From positions 30,855 through 94,854 of the forward strand of contig JBGPPL010000007.1 of NCBI GenBank assembly GCA_041488495.1: a DNA stretch of 64,000 nucleotides, given 5' to 3'. The translations under genes were made by a program, and so were the position numbers. The notes beneath the pieces were generated by a model. That model saw only the letters and a program-made list of their open reading frames with translations. It was not told the DNA's origin and made no database searches. Within the stretch, counting starts at the first letter, position 1, and every line of letters starts with the position of its first letter. This DNA comes from Terriglobia bacterium (GTDB lineage Bacteria; Acidobacteriota; Terriglobia; Acidiferrales; UBA7541). Below, piece after piece: positions 35,885 through 45,334 of the stretch.

Positions 35885-36602
35885 AACAGAACGACGTCGT
35901 TCACGTCAATGCTTCATCCAGGATGGATCAGGGCGGACTCATTTAACCGGGGGCGACCGTGAACTCGACTCGGCACAGTCACGCCATCGCGCTGATCATA
36001 CCCGGTCAAGATTCCTCCGACAAGTTCAGCATGAAAGAGCCAAGATGTCGCGCGAGCAGACCAACCACTGCCCCTCCCGACACGTCCTTTTCGAGAATAA
36101 CGCACCATCCATTACCCAGATCGGGCCAGCAAAACGCCTTTCCCGCTAAGTGTAGATCGTGGACGGGGAACCGCCTCACCAGGCAGCGTAGTGTCAGATG
36201 TGGAAAGCCGACAGAGTGTCACTGGTGCGAAAAGGATTTATCGACTACTATCCCACCAGCAGATCCCGGTGCGGAAACCTTTGGGCTACTGATCCGATTG
36301 CCATTCGCGTTTCAGTTGGTACCGATGGACAAACGCGGTGTGCCAAGACCAGACGAATTGAGCACCGAGTCGCGCCAGGCTTTATGGCCCGCAAACGAAC
36401 AGTCCAATTCGTTTATTTGTCACGATCATGCCGAATGGAAAAGAATGGGTGTACACTCTTTCCGATCTTGTCATAGAACCTTCGGTCGCGCCCCCTATGG
36501 GCGACGGTCTTTGTGCCAATAGGCCAAACTTGGCGCTAGCAGCGGAAATCTCCGGTTCGGGCCATTCGATGAGTCACGAGAGCAAGAGAAGGGAACAAAT
36601 TC

Positions 36603-38165
36603 GTGAAAATCTTACTCTACAATCCCGACAACGGCGTCACACGCAACTTCATGCCGCATTTGTGGATGTTTCTGCTCAAGGCGCTGACACCCCCTGGCCA
36701 TGAAGTGGTACTGATCGACGGAAACGCGCAACCCATGGATGAAGCGGGTATCGCGCGATTCGTGCGGGAACAGGAGATCGGGCTCGTCGGCATTGGCGCA
36801 ATGACCAGAATGATCGCGAAGGCCTACCGGATGGCCGACGCGGTTCGTGCCACTGGAGTGCCGGTCGTGATGGGTGGACCACACGTCACGGAAATGCCCG
36901 ATGAGGCGCTCGGTCGAGACGGCGGAGCACGCCATGCCGACGCGGTAGCCCTCGGGGAGGCCGACGAGACCTGGCCGAAGATCGTTGAGGATGCCGCGCG
37001 GGGCGCGCTGAGGGACGTGTACGCTCCTGTGGATGAGTTCGGCCAGGAGCGGAAACCCACGCTGCAGTCCTATCCGGCGATTCCCTGGGACGCGATGAAT
37101 CTCGACCAGTTCAATCTTGTTCCGAAGGCCGTTTATCCGCTGCTCAGCCGGGTCGGGGGCGGGTGGGGGACGTTTCGCATCATTCCGGTCGAGTCGGGGC
37201 GCGGTTGTCCTTATGGCTGCGAGTTCTGCACCGTGACTGGCTTCTTCGGCGATTCGATCCGGTTTCGCACGAACGAAAGCGTCGTGAACGAACTATTGCT
37301 GTTGAAAGCGCGCGCCAAGAGCGAGGGCGGTAAGATTGCGGTATTTTTCATCGATGATAATTTCGCAATCAATGTAAAGCGCACGAAGTCACTGCTGCGC
37401 GACATTATCGCCGCCAACGCGCAGGTCCATTGGGTAGCGCAAATCAGCGCCAATCTTCTGCGCGATGAGGAACTCGTGGACCTCATTGCGGCCGCCGGGG
37501 GCAAGTGGATTTTCATAGGCATGGAATCCATCGATCCCACGAATCTTGCCGGCGTGAACAAGGGTTTCAATAAGCCTGGCGAGTATGCAACCGTGCTCGA
37601 GCGACTCGCGCGACGCAACGTGTTTGCGATCACTTCCTTCATCCTTGGCATGGACAACGACACTGTGGGAGCCGCGGAGCGCACGCTCAAGGAGATTCGC
37701 ACCTGGCCTCCGGGCTTGCCGATCTTCGGCTTGCTCACCCCCTTGCCGGGGACGCCTCTCTACAAGAAGCTCGATGTTGCCGGCCGGCTGACGCGGCGAA
37801 AGCACTGGCAGGAGTTCATCCCGTTCGCAATGGCCCACACGCCGCTGAAAATGACAATCGAGGAAGCTCACGCCGAGGTCAAGTACGGGTGGGATCACTC
37901 CTACAGCCCGGAGGCCATCGCGCACGCGGTTGACTCGCTTGATTACAAGCCGCTGGGTTATCGCATCAATATTCTTATCGCTCGCCTTTGCTTCCGCGGG
38001 ATCTATTTCCCTCAAATGGGCCCGCTGGCGTGGGTGAGGGTGATTGCTCAAAACCGGCGAACAATCTTCAGCCTCGTGAAGGAGGCGTTCACCGGCGGGC
38101 GCGACGCGCTGACAAGAAGCAGGGTGCGCTCTTCAACAACAGATTCACTCAGCAGTGCGGATTGA
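36603..38165 (+). CDS. B12-binding-domain radical SAM enzyme (class B), function unknown
   Basis: The 520-aa ORF has a GTG start. An in-frame stop lies at 36570-36572. A purine-rich GAAGGGAA lies upstream. The N-terminal B12-binding-like domain reads KILLYNPDN...VGIGAMT...VVMGGPHVT. The radical SAM cluster motif is GRGCPYGCEFC (CX3CX2C). Confidence 0.9.
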   Translation: MKILLYNPDNGVTRNFMPHLWMFLLKALTPPGHEVVLIDGNAQPMDEAGIARFVREQEIGLVGIGAMTRMIAKAYRMADAVRATGVPVVMGGPHVTEMPDEALGRDGGARHADAVALGEADETWPKIVEDAARGALRDVYAPVDEFGQERKPTLQSYPAIPWDAMNLDQFNLVPKAVYPLLSRVGGGWGTFRIIPVESGRGCPYGCEFCTVTGFFGDSIRFRTNESVVNELLLLKARAKSEGGKIAVFFIDDNFAINVKRTKSLLRDIIAANAQVHWVAQISANLLRDEELVDLIAAAGGKWIFIGMESIDPTNLAGVNKGFNKPGEYATVLERLARRNVFAITSFILGMDNDTVGAAERTLKEIRTWPPGLPIFGLLTPLPGTPLYKKLDVAGRLTRRKHWQEFIPFAMAHTPLKMTIEEAHAEVKYGWDHSYSPEAIAHAVDSLDYKPLGYRINILIARLCFRGIYFPQMGPLAWVRVIAQNRRTIFSLVKEAFTGGRDALTRSRVRSSTTDSLSSAD

Positions 38166-38355
38166 AAACCTGCCAGGTATCATTTCGCTGAAGGGGAGAC
38201 CGAACAGTTCTTCACGGCATTGTCTCGGCCGCAAGCGAAGCGAGAGCGGTTGCAACGTCAGCGAGCTTAGCTCACCTCACAATTACAGTTAGAGTGGCTG
38301 TGGAACGCTGGTACTGATTCGTTCTGGCGAGCGTAGGGGAAAGTTCGTCCTGAGG

Positions 38356-40509
38356 TCAGACCAGGTCTTCCGGGCGGATCGGCAAGCGCCGGACGCGCTT
38401 GCCGGTCGCCGCGAAGATCGCATTGCAGAGTGCCGGAGCAACCGGGGGCACCGCAAATTCACCAGCCCCGGTGGGCGCCTCTTCGCTGGGAATCATGTGC
38501 ACGTCCACGACGGGCATCTCATCGATGCGCAACATCTGGTAGTCGTTGAAGTTGTTCTGCTGGACGCGCCCGCGATCGATCGTGATCGCGCCTCTGAGCG
38601 CTGCCGTCAAACCATACACGACGGAGCTCTTGACCTGCGCGTCAATGCTTGCAGGATTCACGATGCGTCCGCAATCCAGCGCACAGACGACGCGATGCAC
38701 CTTAAGCGTGCGTTCTTTGCGGTTCACCGAAATCTCGATCACCTGAGCTACGTAGCCGAAATAGGAACTCACGGTTGCGATCCCGCGGAACCGGTCCGCG
38801 GGCGGCGGTGTGCCCCACCCCGCCTTTTCCGCGGCCATCTCCAATACACCGAGGTGTCTCGGCGATTTCACAAGCAAGCGCCGTCTTAGTTCGTAGGGAT
38901 CTTTCTTGCCCTCCGCAGCAATCTCGTCGATGAAGCTCTCGAGAAAAAATCCGTTTTGGGAGGCGCCTACCGATCTCCAGAAGCCTATGGGAATGCCCGC
39001 GTCCGTCAGTTGATAGTCCACGAGTATGTTTGGAATCGCGTATGGAACGGTGTCGCAGATTTCGACGCTTCTCGTATCGAGATTGTTCTTCACCGGGCCA
39101 AACCGGGCCATGATGGATGGGCAGGCGATTCGATTCATCCAGACGATCGGCCACCCATCCGCATCGAGCCCGGCAGTGAAGCGCGCATGCGAAGCGGTGC
39201 GATAGTAATCGTGCTGCATGTCGTCTTCCCGCGACCAGGTCACCTTGACGGGTCCGCCAATCGCCTTGGAAATTTCCACTGCTTCGGCGACAAAATCGGT
39301 CTCGAAGCGGCGCCCGAATCCACCGCCGAGAAAAGTTGTGTGGACGAAGACGGCCTTGGGGTCCAAACCCGTTATCTTTGCAGCTATGGCCTGGGAATTC
39401 GTCTGATTCTGCGTTGGCGCCCAGACATCGCAGCGATCCGCGCGGACATGCGCGGTGCAGTTCTGCGGTTCCATCGTGGCATGCGCTAGAAATGGAACTT
39501 CGTATACGGTCTCGATCTTCTTCGCCGCAACTGCGAGCCCCGCTGCTACGTCGCCCTCTTTCCGCGCAACGGCCCCAGGCTGCGCAGCACGATCGGCAAG
39601 CAGCTTGCTGATGCTGTCACCGCTGACGTTCGCGTTCGGCCCTTCATCCCACTTCACATCGAGCGCCCTGCGGCCTTGCATCGCCGTCCACGTGTTGTCG
39701 GCAACCACGGCGACGCCATCCGAAATCTGGATTACATCCTTCACGCCGGAGACTGCCTTCGCCTTCGTGGCGTCAAAGCTTGCGACTTTCCCTCCAAACA
39801 CCGGGCATCGCGCTACGACCGCGTAGACCATTCCGGCTTGCCGCACATCGATCCCGTACTCTGCGCGGCCATTCACCTTGTCCGGGGTATCGAGCCGCTT
39901 CGTTGGCTTGCCAACGGTGTGAAACTGCTTTGGGTCCTTGAGTGGCACGTTCTGGGGCACAGGAAGTTTTGCTGCTGCCTCGGCGAGGCTGCCGTAGGTC
40001 AGCCGGCGCTTCGTCGCGACATGCAGGATCGTGCCGTTTTCCGCCCGGCACTCCGATTTGTCCGCGCTCCATTTTTGCGCGGCTGCTTCCAGCAGCATCA
40101 TGCGCGCCGCTGCTCCAGCCTTTCGCAGGGGTTCCCATGACGTGCGAGTCGCTGAGCTGCCTCCCGTGCCCTGCACGCCGAATTGTGGATTGACATAGAC
40201 TTTGTCGGCGGGAGCGAATTCGGTGCGGACCTTTTTCCAATCGCACTCCAGCTCTTCGGCGGCGAGCATCGAAAGCCCCGTCAAGATGCTCTGCCCCATT
40301 TCCGACTTGTCGATGAGGATGGTTACCAGGTCGTCTGTGCCAACATGGATCCAGGCGTTGAGGGCAACGGCCACCTCGGGCGCAGCAGGTCCCGCTGTCA
40401 TCGCTTCCATGCGTCCGGGCAAATAGAAGCCGATCAACAAGCCGGTTGCCCCGGCGGCGCCGGTCTTCAGGAAGCTGCGACGATCCACGACGCGTGCGCT
40501 GAGACTCAT
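38356..40509 (-). CDS. Molybdopterin-binding subunit of an aldehyde oxidase/xanthine dehydrogenase-family enzyme (IorB-like), Tat-exported
   Basis: The 717-aa ORF has the twin-arginine signal [21 protein letters not shown]. It has the typical IorB-like layout ([40 protein letters not shown]). Confidence 0.9.
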   Translation of the reverse strand: MSLSARVVDRRSFLKTGAAGATGLLIGFYLPGRMEAMTAGPAAPEVAVALNAWIHVGTDDLVTILIDKSEMGQSILTGLSMLAAEELECDWKKVRTEFAPADKVYVNPQFGVQGTGGSSATRTSWEPLRKAGAAARMMLLEAAAQKWSADKSECRAENGTILHVATKRRLTYGSLAEAAAKLPVPQNVPLKDPKQFHTVGKPTKRLDTPDKVNGRAEYGIDVRQAGMVYAVVARCPVFGGKVASFDATKAKAVSGVKDVIQISDGVAVVADNTWTAMQGRRALDVKWDEGPNANVSGDSISKLLADRAAQPGAVARKEGDVAAGLAVAAKKIETVYEVPFLAHATMEPQNCTAHVRADRCDVWAPTQNQTNSQAIAAKITGLDPKAVFVHTTFLGGGFGRRFETDFVAEAVEISKAIGGPVKVTWSREDDMQHDYYRTASHARFTAGLDADGWPIVWMNRIACPSIMARFGPVKNNLDTRSVEICDTVPYAIPNILVDYQLTDAGIPIGFWRSVGASQNGFFLESFIDEIAAEGKKDPYELRRRLLVKSPRHLGVLEMAAEKAGWGTPPPADRFRGIATVSSYFGYVAQVIEISVNRKERTLKVHRVVCALDCGRIVNPASIDAQVKSSVVYGLTAALRGAITIDRGRVQQNNFNDYQMLRIDEMPVVDVHMIPSEEAPTGAGEFAVPPVAPALCNAIFAATGKRVRRLPIRPEDLV

Positions 40510-40774
40510 GCTGCACCTCCGGAAACCGCAAACCGTGTCACAAACACGAATTCAGACTGCGGCACGCCAATCTGCCTCGGCTGCATTTGTGCGAAATCGT
40601 ATGGCCGCAAGCGGCTCGTGTCAATGCCGGACTGCGTTTTTGGCCAGACGCGGTTTTCGCGAACGAATTTAGCGCATGTCTAAAGATCGCTCGCCACTCT
40701 GCCTCAAGCTGGGCAAACATGGAAAATGGGGGCGTAAAATTCGGACGCTCTCGCGCACTTGCGGCTCTGGTAGA

Positions 40775-42508
40775 ATGCCGGTCATGCGGCCGCCAGACTT
40801 CGATCGGTCCATCCGTCTCATTGGGGCATTCCTCGCGTGGGCGAGCCTGCCGGTTCTGCTCGCCCTTTCCTGGGCAGCACAGGCAAAAACCGAAAAGAAG
40901 CTGGATACCAGCACTCTCGTGGTTGCGCCAAATCTTGCCGCGCAGCTCGCAAAGTTCAAGCCCGTGCGCATGCCGTTTGACTCCTGGCGGCTGATGCCCC
41001 GCGAACGGCAGTTGGTCACAAAACTGGTCGAGGCATGCCAATCTCTTGAATCAATTTACTGGCGGCAGAGCGATCCCGAAGGTCTGAAGCTGTATCGCGC
41101 GCTCGCCGGCAGCACTGTGCCCCGGGAAGTCGAATTGCGCCGGTTCCTGAGGATCAACGGCAGCCGCTTCGACCTGATTCGCAATGACGCCCCGTTTGTC
41201 GGCACGTCGCCGCGGCCCCCGGGCCGGGGGCTTTTCCCTGCGGACTTGACTCGGGAGGAGTTCGACCGCTACGTCGCGGCGCATCCGGATCAGAAGGCTG
41301 CGCTTTACGATCCCTTCACCGTGGTTCGCCGGAAGGGCGCCGCGCTTGAAGCGATTCCCTACCACGTCGCGTATCGCGAGTGGCTCGACCCTGCGGTGAA
41401 AGCCCTGCGAGAAGCCGCCGCGCTTTCAGACGATCCAGCCTTCGCGAAGTTTCTGCGCCTGCGCGCGGACTCGCTGCTGACCGACAAATACTTCGAAAGC
41501 GATCTCGCCTGGGTCAGTCTTGAGAATCCCAAGTTTGATGTTATCTTCGCGCCTTACGAAACTTATCTCGACGATTTGCTCGGCGTGAAAACTTCCTACG
41601 GCGCCGCTGTTCTAATCCGCAACGACGCCGAAAGCCGCAAACTCGACGTTTTCCAGAAATACGTTCCGGATATCCAGGACTCTTTGCCGTTAGCGCCCGA
41701 GGACCGTCCCTCCAAGCGCGGCCATCTCTCGCCCATGGAAGTCATGGACACGCCGTACCGGGCCGGCGATCTGCGTCACGGCTACCAAGCCGTCGCGGAC
41801 AATCTGCCAAACGATCCGCGCATTCACGAACAGAAAGGCTCGAAGAAAATTTTCTTCAAGAATTTCATGGACGCGCGCGTGAATTACGTGATTCTGCCGG
41901 TGGCCAAGCGCCTGCTGCGCGCCGACCAGGCCGCTCTCGCTTCCGCCGAAGGCTATCTCGCAACGACGATGATGCATGAGATTTCGCACGGTCTGGGTCC
42001 CGCGTTTGTCCGCACGTCTACCGGCCAACGCGACATCCGCGAGGCGATCGGCCCGTCGTATTCGGGCCTCGAGGAGGCCAAAGCCGATATCGTCGGGCTC
42101 TACGGCTTGAAATGGCTCGTGGACCGTAGCGATCTTCCGAAGGACAAACTTCGAGGTTATTATGCGTCCGAGGTCGCCGGCATTTTCCGCACGGTCCGTT
42201 TCGGCGTTGCGGAAGCGCACGGCCGGGCCGAAATCATGGAGTTCAACTTTTTCTCCGAACGCGGCATCATCGCGCGGGAGGCCGCTTCGGGCCGTTACGT
42301 CATCGATCTGGACCGCATGCCGGAGGCGGTCGCAACGCTTGCCAAAGAGTTGCTCGAGCAGGAAGCTACGGGCAATCGCGCGCGGGTTGAGGCCTGGTTT
42401 GCAAAGTATGGCTCGATGCCGCCGGAACTCACAAAGGCGCTCGAAGCCGCTTCCGATGTCCCCGTGGATATCGATCCAATTTCAGCGTTTCCCGAACCCA
42501 TGCGATAG
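40775..42508 (+). CDS. DPP III-like (M49 family) zinc metallopeptidase with pentapeptide HEISH motif, secreted
   Basis: The ORF 40676..42508 was trimmed to M34, which gives the signal peptide MPVMRPPDFDRSIRLIGAFLAWASLPVLLALSWAAQA. It contains MMHEISHGLGP and a second zinc motif LEEAKADIVG. Confidence 0.75.
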   Translation: MPVMRPPDFDRSIRLIGAFLAWASLPVLLALSWAAQAKTEKKLDTSTLVVAPNLAAQLAKFKPVRMPFDSWRLMPRERQLVTKLVEACQSLESIYWRQSDPEGLKLYRALAGSTVPREVELRRFLRINGSRFDLIRNDAPFVGTSPRPPGRGLFPADLTREEFDRYVAAHPDQKAALYDPFTVVRRKGAALEAIPYHVAYREWLDPAVKALREAAALSDDPAFAKFLRLRADSLLTDKYFESDLAWVSLENPKFDVIFAPYETYLDDLLGVKTSYGAAVLIRNDAESRKLDVFQKYVPDIQDSLPLAPEDRPSKRGHLSPMEVMDTPYRAGDLRHGYQAVADNLPNDPRIHEQKGSKKIFFKNFMDARVNYVILPVAKRLLRADQAALASAEGYLATTMMHEISHGLGPAFVRTSTGQRDIREAIGPSYSGLEEAKADIVGLYGLKWLVDRSDLPKDKLRGYYASEVAGIFRTVRFGVAEAHGRAEIMEFNFFSERGIIAREAASGRYVIDLDRMPEAVATLAKELLEQEATGNRARVEAWFAKYGSMPPELTKALEAASDVPVDIDPISAFPEPMR

Positions 42509-42544
42509 GATTCATATTCCCATACGAGAGGAAGGTAAACCGAA

Positions 42545-42982
42545 ATGGCGAACCAGAAACCGCAAACTTTTGAAAACCACACCCGCCACGTTCCGGTATT
42601 CGCAATCGGGATGTTGGTTCTGCTGGTGAACCTGGGCGGGAGACTCTATGACCTCCGCCACGGCATTTCGTTCGGACCTGTGATGGACGTCCTGGTGGGC
42701 GCGGTGCTGATCGCGCTCTTCATTATGGCGCGCACTTCCGTTGTGACCGTGCAGGACCGCGTCATTCGCCTTGAAATGCGCTTGCGCCTGGCTGGACTGC
42801 TGCCCGCCGATTTGCGTCCGCGCATTCCGGAATTCACTGTAGACCAACTGATTTCTCTGCGCTTCGCCAGCGATTCGGAATTGCCGGGACTGGCGCGGAA
42901 AGTTCTCGACGAGAAACTCAACGATCGCAAAACCATCAAACGATTGGTCAAAGATTGGCAGGCCGATTTTCTGCGGGCGTAG
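42545..42982 (+). CDS. Hypothetical two-TM membrane protein (resembles the DUF6526 family, from memory)
   Basis: The 145-aa ORF has the N-terminus MANQKPQTFENHTRHVPVF, two hydrophobic helices and a charged C-terminal tail. Confidence 0.6.
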   Translation: MANQKPQTFENHTRHVPVFAIGMLVLLVNLGGRLYDLRHGISFGPVMDVLVGAVLIALFIMARTSVVTVQDRVIRLEMRLRLAGLLPADLRPRIPEFTVDQLISLRFASDSELPGLARKVLDEKLNDRKTIKRLVKDWQADFLRA

Positions 42983-42997
42983 CTGCGCGGGCACGGG

Positions 42998-44086
42998 TTA
43001 CTTGGCCTGCGTATTCTCCGCGAAGCACCAGTGCACGAAGCCGCGGCCGTAGCGCGCCGTCACCGGAGCGGGAACATCGGTCTCCGCGAGCTTTTCGAAC
43101 TTGAAATTGATTTCGCCGCTGGGCTGCACGGTCCCTACGAGCGATCCGTACACGTTTGTCATGGCGCCGTGCGCATCGGAGGAGCTTGGCGGCAGCGCAT
43201 ACCGCACCGCTCCCGCGGTCCCCACGATCCATCCCGGCAGCACGCCGCCGTTCTGCTTCCAGTAGGCGGTATTGAAAATTCCGTCCATGTAATAATGCGA
43301 ATGGCTCGCCAGGACGTACACGCGTTTGTGCGCGTCGTTCTGCGCGCGGAGCAGATCGGCGTAGACGCGCCGGCCGCTCTCTGTCCCAGTGGGGGATTCA
43401 TTCATGCTGTGTCCGGCGGAAATGCTCTCGGGCAGCGCCTTGTGCATTCCGGTCACGATGGTCGTTACGGCCGGATCAGCCAGATCCTTTGCCAGCGTCC
43501 GTTCGAACCAGCGCACCTGCGCGGCGTCAAATTGCTCGGCAGTTGCACTGTCGAGGTAATAGAACGCCACACCGCGGTCGATCCAGTGAAAGTAGGTCTT
43601 CAAGCGGTGGTCCTGGGGATCGTCCCGCAAGCGTTGTGCGCGCAGCATCGGAGTGTCCAGCCAATCCACAAACTGCAGGAGAAACTCTTCGCGCGTCTTC
43701 AGGGGCGAAATCGTCTCGTGATTCCCAATGCCCGCAAAGAATGGAATGGAGCCGAAAGGCGCGATCTGGCTATTGATGAAGTCGGGCCACGCGATGTTCT
43801 CGTATTCGAAAATCGACAGCGGTTTCGCAATGTGTTCGGGCTGATGCTGGATGTCTTCATCGAAGGTAGAGATCACGCGCAGGTCGCCCAAATGCCAATA
43901 AAACGCGGCCTGATTCTTCTTCGCCGTTTCCGCAATCCCCGGCATCACCACGTCGCCGCAGTTTCTCGAATCGCCGGCCGCAACGAAGTGCCATGGTCCA
44001 CTCGAGGGTTGCTGTGCGGCTGCCGGCCTCATCGCCAGGTGTGAAATTGCAACCAACGCGATTGCAAATGGCGCTTTGCGAATCAT
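42998..44086 (-). CDS. Secreted calcineurin-like metallophosphoesterase
   Basis: The ORF 42998..44197 was trimmed to M38, which gives the signal peptide MIRKAPFAIALVAISHLAMRPAAA. The motifs are AAGDSRN, HLGDLR, GNHE and SHSHYY. Confidence 0.8.
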   Translation of the reverse strand: MIRKAPFAIALVAISHLAMRPAAAQQPSSGPWHFVAAGDSRNCGDVVMPGIAETAKKNQAAFYWHLGDLRVISTFDEDIQHQPEHIAKPLSIFEYENIAWPDFINSQIAPFGSIPFFAGIGNHETISPLKTREEFLLQFVDWLDTPMLRAQRLRDDPQDHRLKTYFHWIDRGVAFYYLDSATAEQFDAAQVRWFERTLAKDLADPAVTTIVTGMHKALPESISAGHSMNESPTGTESGRRVYADLLRAQNDAHKRVYVLASHSHYYMDGIFNTAYWKQNGGVLPGWIVGTAGAVRYALPPSSSDAHGAMTNVYGSLVGTVQPSGEINFKFEKLAETDVPAPVTARYGRGFVHWCFAENTQAK

Positions 44087-44172
44087 TGCTCCTCCAGGGT
44101 TGCCACGGCTCCGTGGAAGTGCTACCAGAACGATTGTGTCTCGCACGACTGCGCGGCAGTCGCGCCCAGCTG

Positions 44173-44748
44173 CTAGCGCCGCGCGAGCGACTGGCAATGG
44201 CGCGCGAATTGAAACCGATTTTCGAGCAGCCCGAGATCCGTCAGCCAGTTGGAAGGCCCTGAAGTATCGACGTGCGCCACGATCGTCGTAAGCTTGCCGG
44301 AATCGAGCGCGCTTGCAAACGCCGTGCGGAATTCCTCCACGCTGCGAACGGCGGCGGTGCGCGGAATGCCCGAAGCGCGCGCCACGCCTTCGAGATCGGT
44401 ACCCTTCGCCGTCGCTGTCGGAGAATCTCCCGCCGACAAGTAACTCTGATTATCGAAAACGACGTGCACGAGGTTGGCCGCTCCGGAACGCGCCATCGTC
44501 GAGAGCGTGCCCAGGTTCATCAGCAGCGAACCGTCGCCATCCAGCACAACAATCTTCTCCTGCGGCAAGCAGAGCGCCAGTCCCAGCCCCATCGAGCTGG
44601 CCAATCCCATCGCGTGCTGCAGATAGAAAAAATTCGCCCGGTGCCCGATCGACTGCAGCTCGACAGCGACCGCCCCCATGATCGTCACGACGACGCATTT
44701 CTCGAGCTGCGGATAGACCGCGCGAAGACATTCCATGCGCTGCATCAT
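44173..44748 (-). CDS. ThDP-dependent decarboxylase beta subunit (sulfopyruvate/phosphonopyruvate decarboxylase-like, ComE-like)
   Basis: The 191-aa ORF has the ThDP-binding motif LDGDGSLLMNLGTLSTMARSGAANLVHVVFDNQSY. Its size and layout are like the split archaeal-type ComE. Confidence 0.8.
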   Translation of the reverse strand: MMQRMECLRAVYPQLEKCVVVTIMGAVAVELQSIGHRANFFYLQHAMGLASSMGLGLALCLPQEKIVVLDGDGSLLMNLGTLSTMARSGAANLVHVVFDNQSYLSAGDSPTATAKGTDLEGVARASGIPRTAAVRSVEEFRTAFASALDSGKLTTIVAHVDTSGPSNWLTDLGLLENRFQFARHCQSLARR

Positions 44749-45257
44749 GCCTCCATCATCAACTCGTGCTTGAGCAGCAGCGCGACCGGAAGCAGGCTCG
44801 CCTCGGCCAGCTTCTGGGCATCCTGGACGCGCCGCTCGAGCGTCTCCGCCGAATCCAGAAACGTGTAGGGGACCCTAAGGGCCTGCAACAGCGGCTCGGT
44901 GACCGTCCCGCCCGGTGTGTGCCACGGATACGTATCTCCGAACGTGCCTCGATAAGCGATGAACATCAAGAGCGGGACCTTATACAGGTGCGCCAGCGAA
45001 ACAATGGGGTTCACGGCGGCGAGAAAGCCGTGGTTGGGAACGATCATCGCCGATTTCACGCCGGCCAGATGCGCACCGGCAGAAATTCCGACGCCTTCCT
45101 CTTCCTTCGCTACCTGCACGAGCTTCATCTCCGGATCTTCCGCGATCATGCGGATTACCGGCACCAGCCACGACTCCGGCAGCGATGACACAATCCGAAT
45201 GCCGCAGGTTTTCAGCGTCTGATAGAGAAGGCGGGAATGGGCTTCCGAAACTGGCAT
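44745..45257 (-). CDS. ThDP-dependent decarboxylase alpha subunit (PYR domain, ComD-like)
   Basis: The 170-aa ORF contains VSSLPESWLVPV...AKEEEGVGISAGAHLAG, which includes the catalytic Glu region. It overlaps the beta subunit gene by 4 nt. Confidence 0.8.
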   Translation of the reverse strand: MPVSEAHSRLLYQTLKTCGIRIVSSLPESWLVPVIRMIAEDPEMKLVQVAKEEEGVGISAGAHLAGVKSAMIVPNHGFLAAVNPIVSLAHLYKVPLLMFIAYRGTFGDTYPWHTPGGTVTEPLLQALRVPYTFLDSAETLERRVQDAQKLAEASLLPVALLLKHELMMEA

Positions 45258-45334
45258 TGGTCCGCTCCTGCGGAGGCTGTCCCCGCTGATTCGCGAATCT
45301 TACCTGCCAGTGGCAGGAAAGACCAGACCGGGAG

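Noticed and set aside
36180-36320. A possible cobalamin riboswitch upstream of the B12-dependent radical SAM gene. The motifs gtcactgg and ggtgcggaaacc caught my eye.
   Set aside because: The elements are in the wrong order relative to the cobalamin riboswitch core. I could not find the GGGAA or GCCACTG boxes. This needs an Rfam scan, but it is not supportable by eye.
35959-36522. A 187-aa ORF lies in the spacer upstream of the radical SAM gene. Overlapping ORFs in the same spacer are 35868..36149, 36198..36476 and 36428..36703.
   Set aside because: The translations are Arg/Ser/Pro/Cys-rich with no motifs and no Shine-Dalgarno-like sites. The ORFs overlap one another in different frames. 36428..36703 runs 100 nt into the well-supported radical SAM gene.
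40510-40680. A 56-codon open frame ends in an ATGA overlap with the IorB-like start. I considered it as a possible remnant of the missing [2Fe-2S] subunit gene.
   Set aside because: It has no ATG or GTG near its beginning. It has no Cys-rich ferredoxin-like motifs. Its translation (…[35 protein letters not shown]) does not resemble IorA C-termini as I remember them.
42998-45257. I considered calling the ThDP decarboxylase plus phosphoesterase pair a phosphonate biosynthesis cluster.
   Set aside because: The diagnostic PEP mutase (pepM) and the usual aminotransferase or dehydrogenase are absent from the window. The split alpha/beta form is equally compatible with a sulfopyruvate decarboxylase. 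I keep it as an open hypothesis only.
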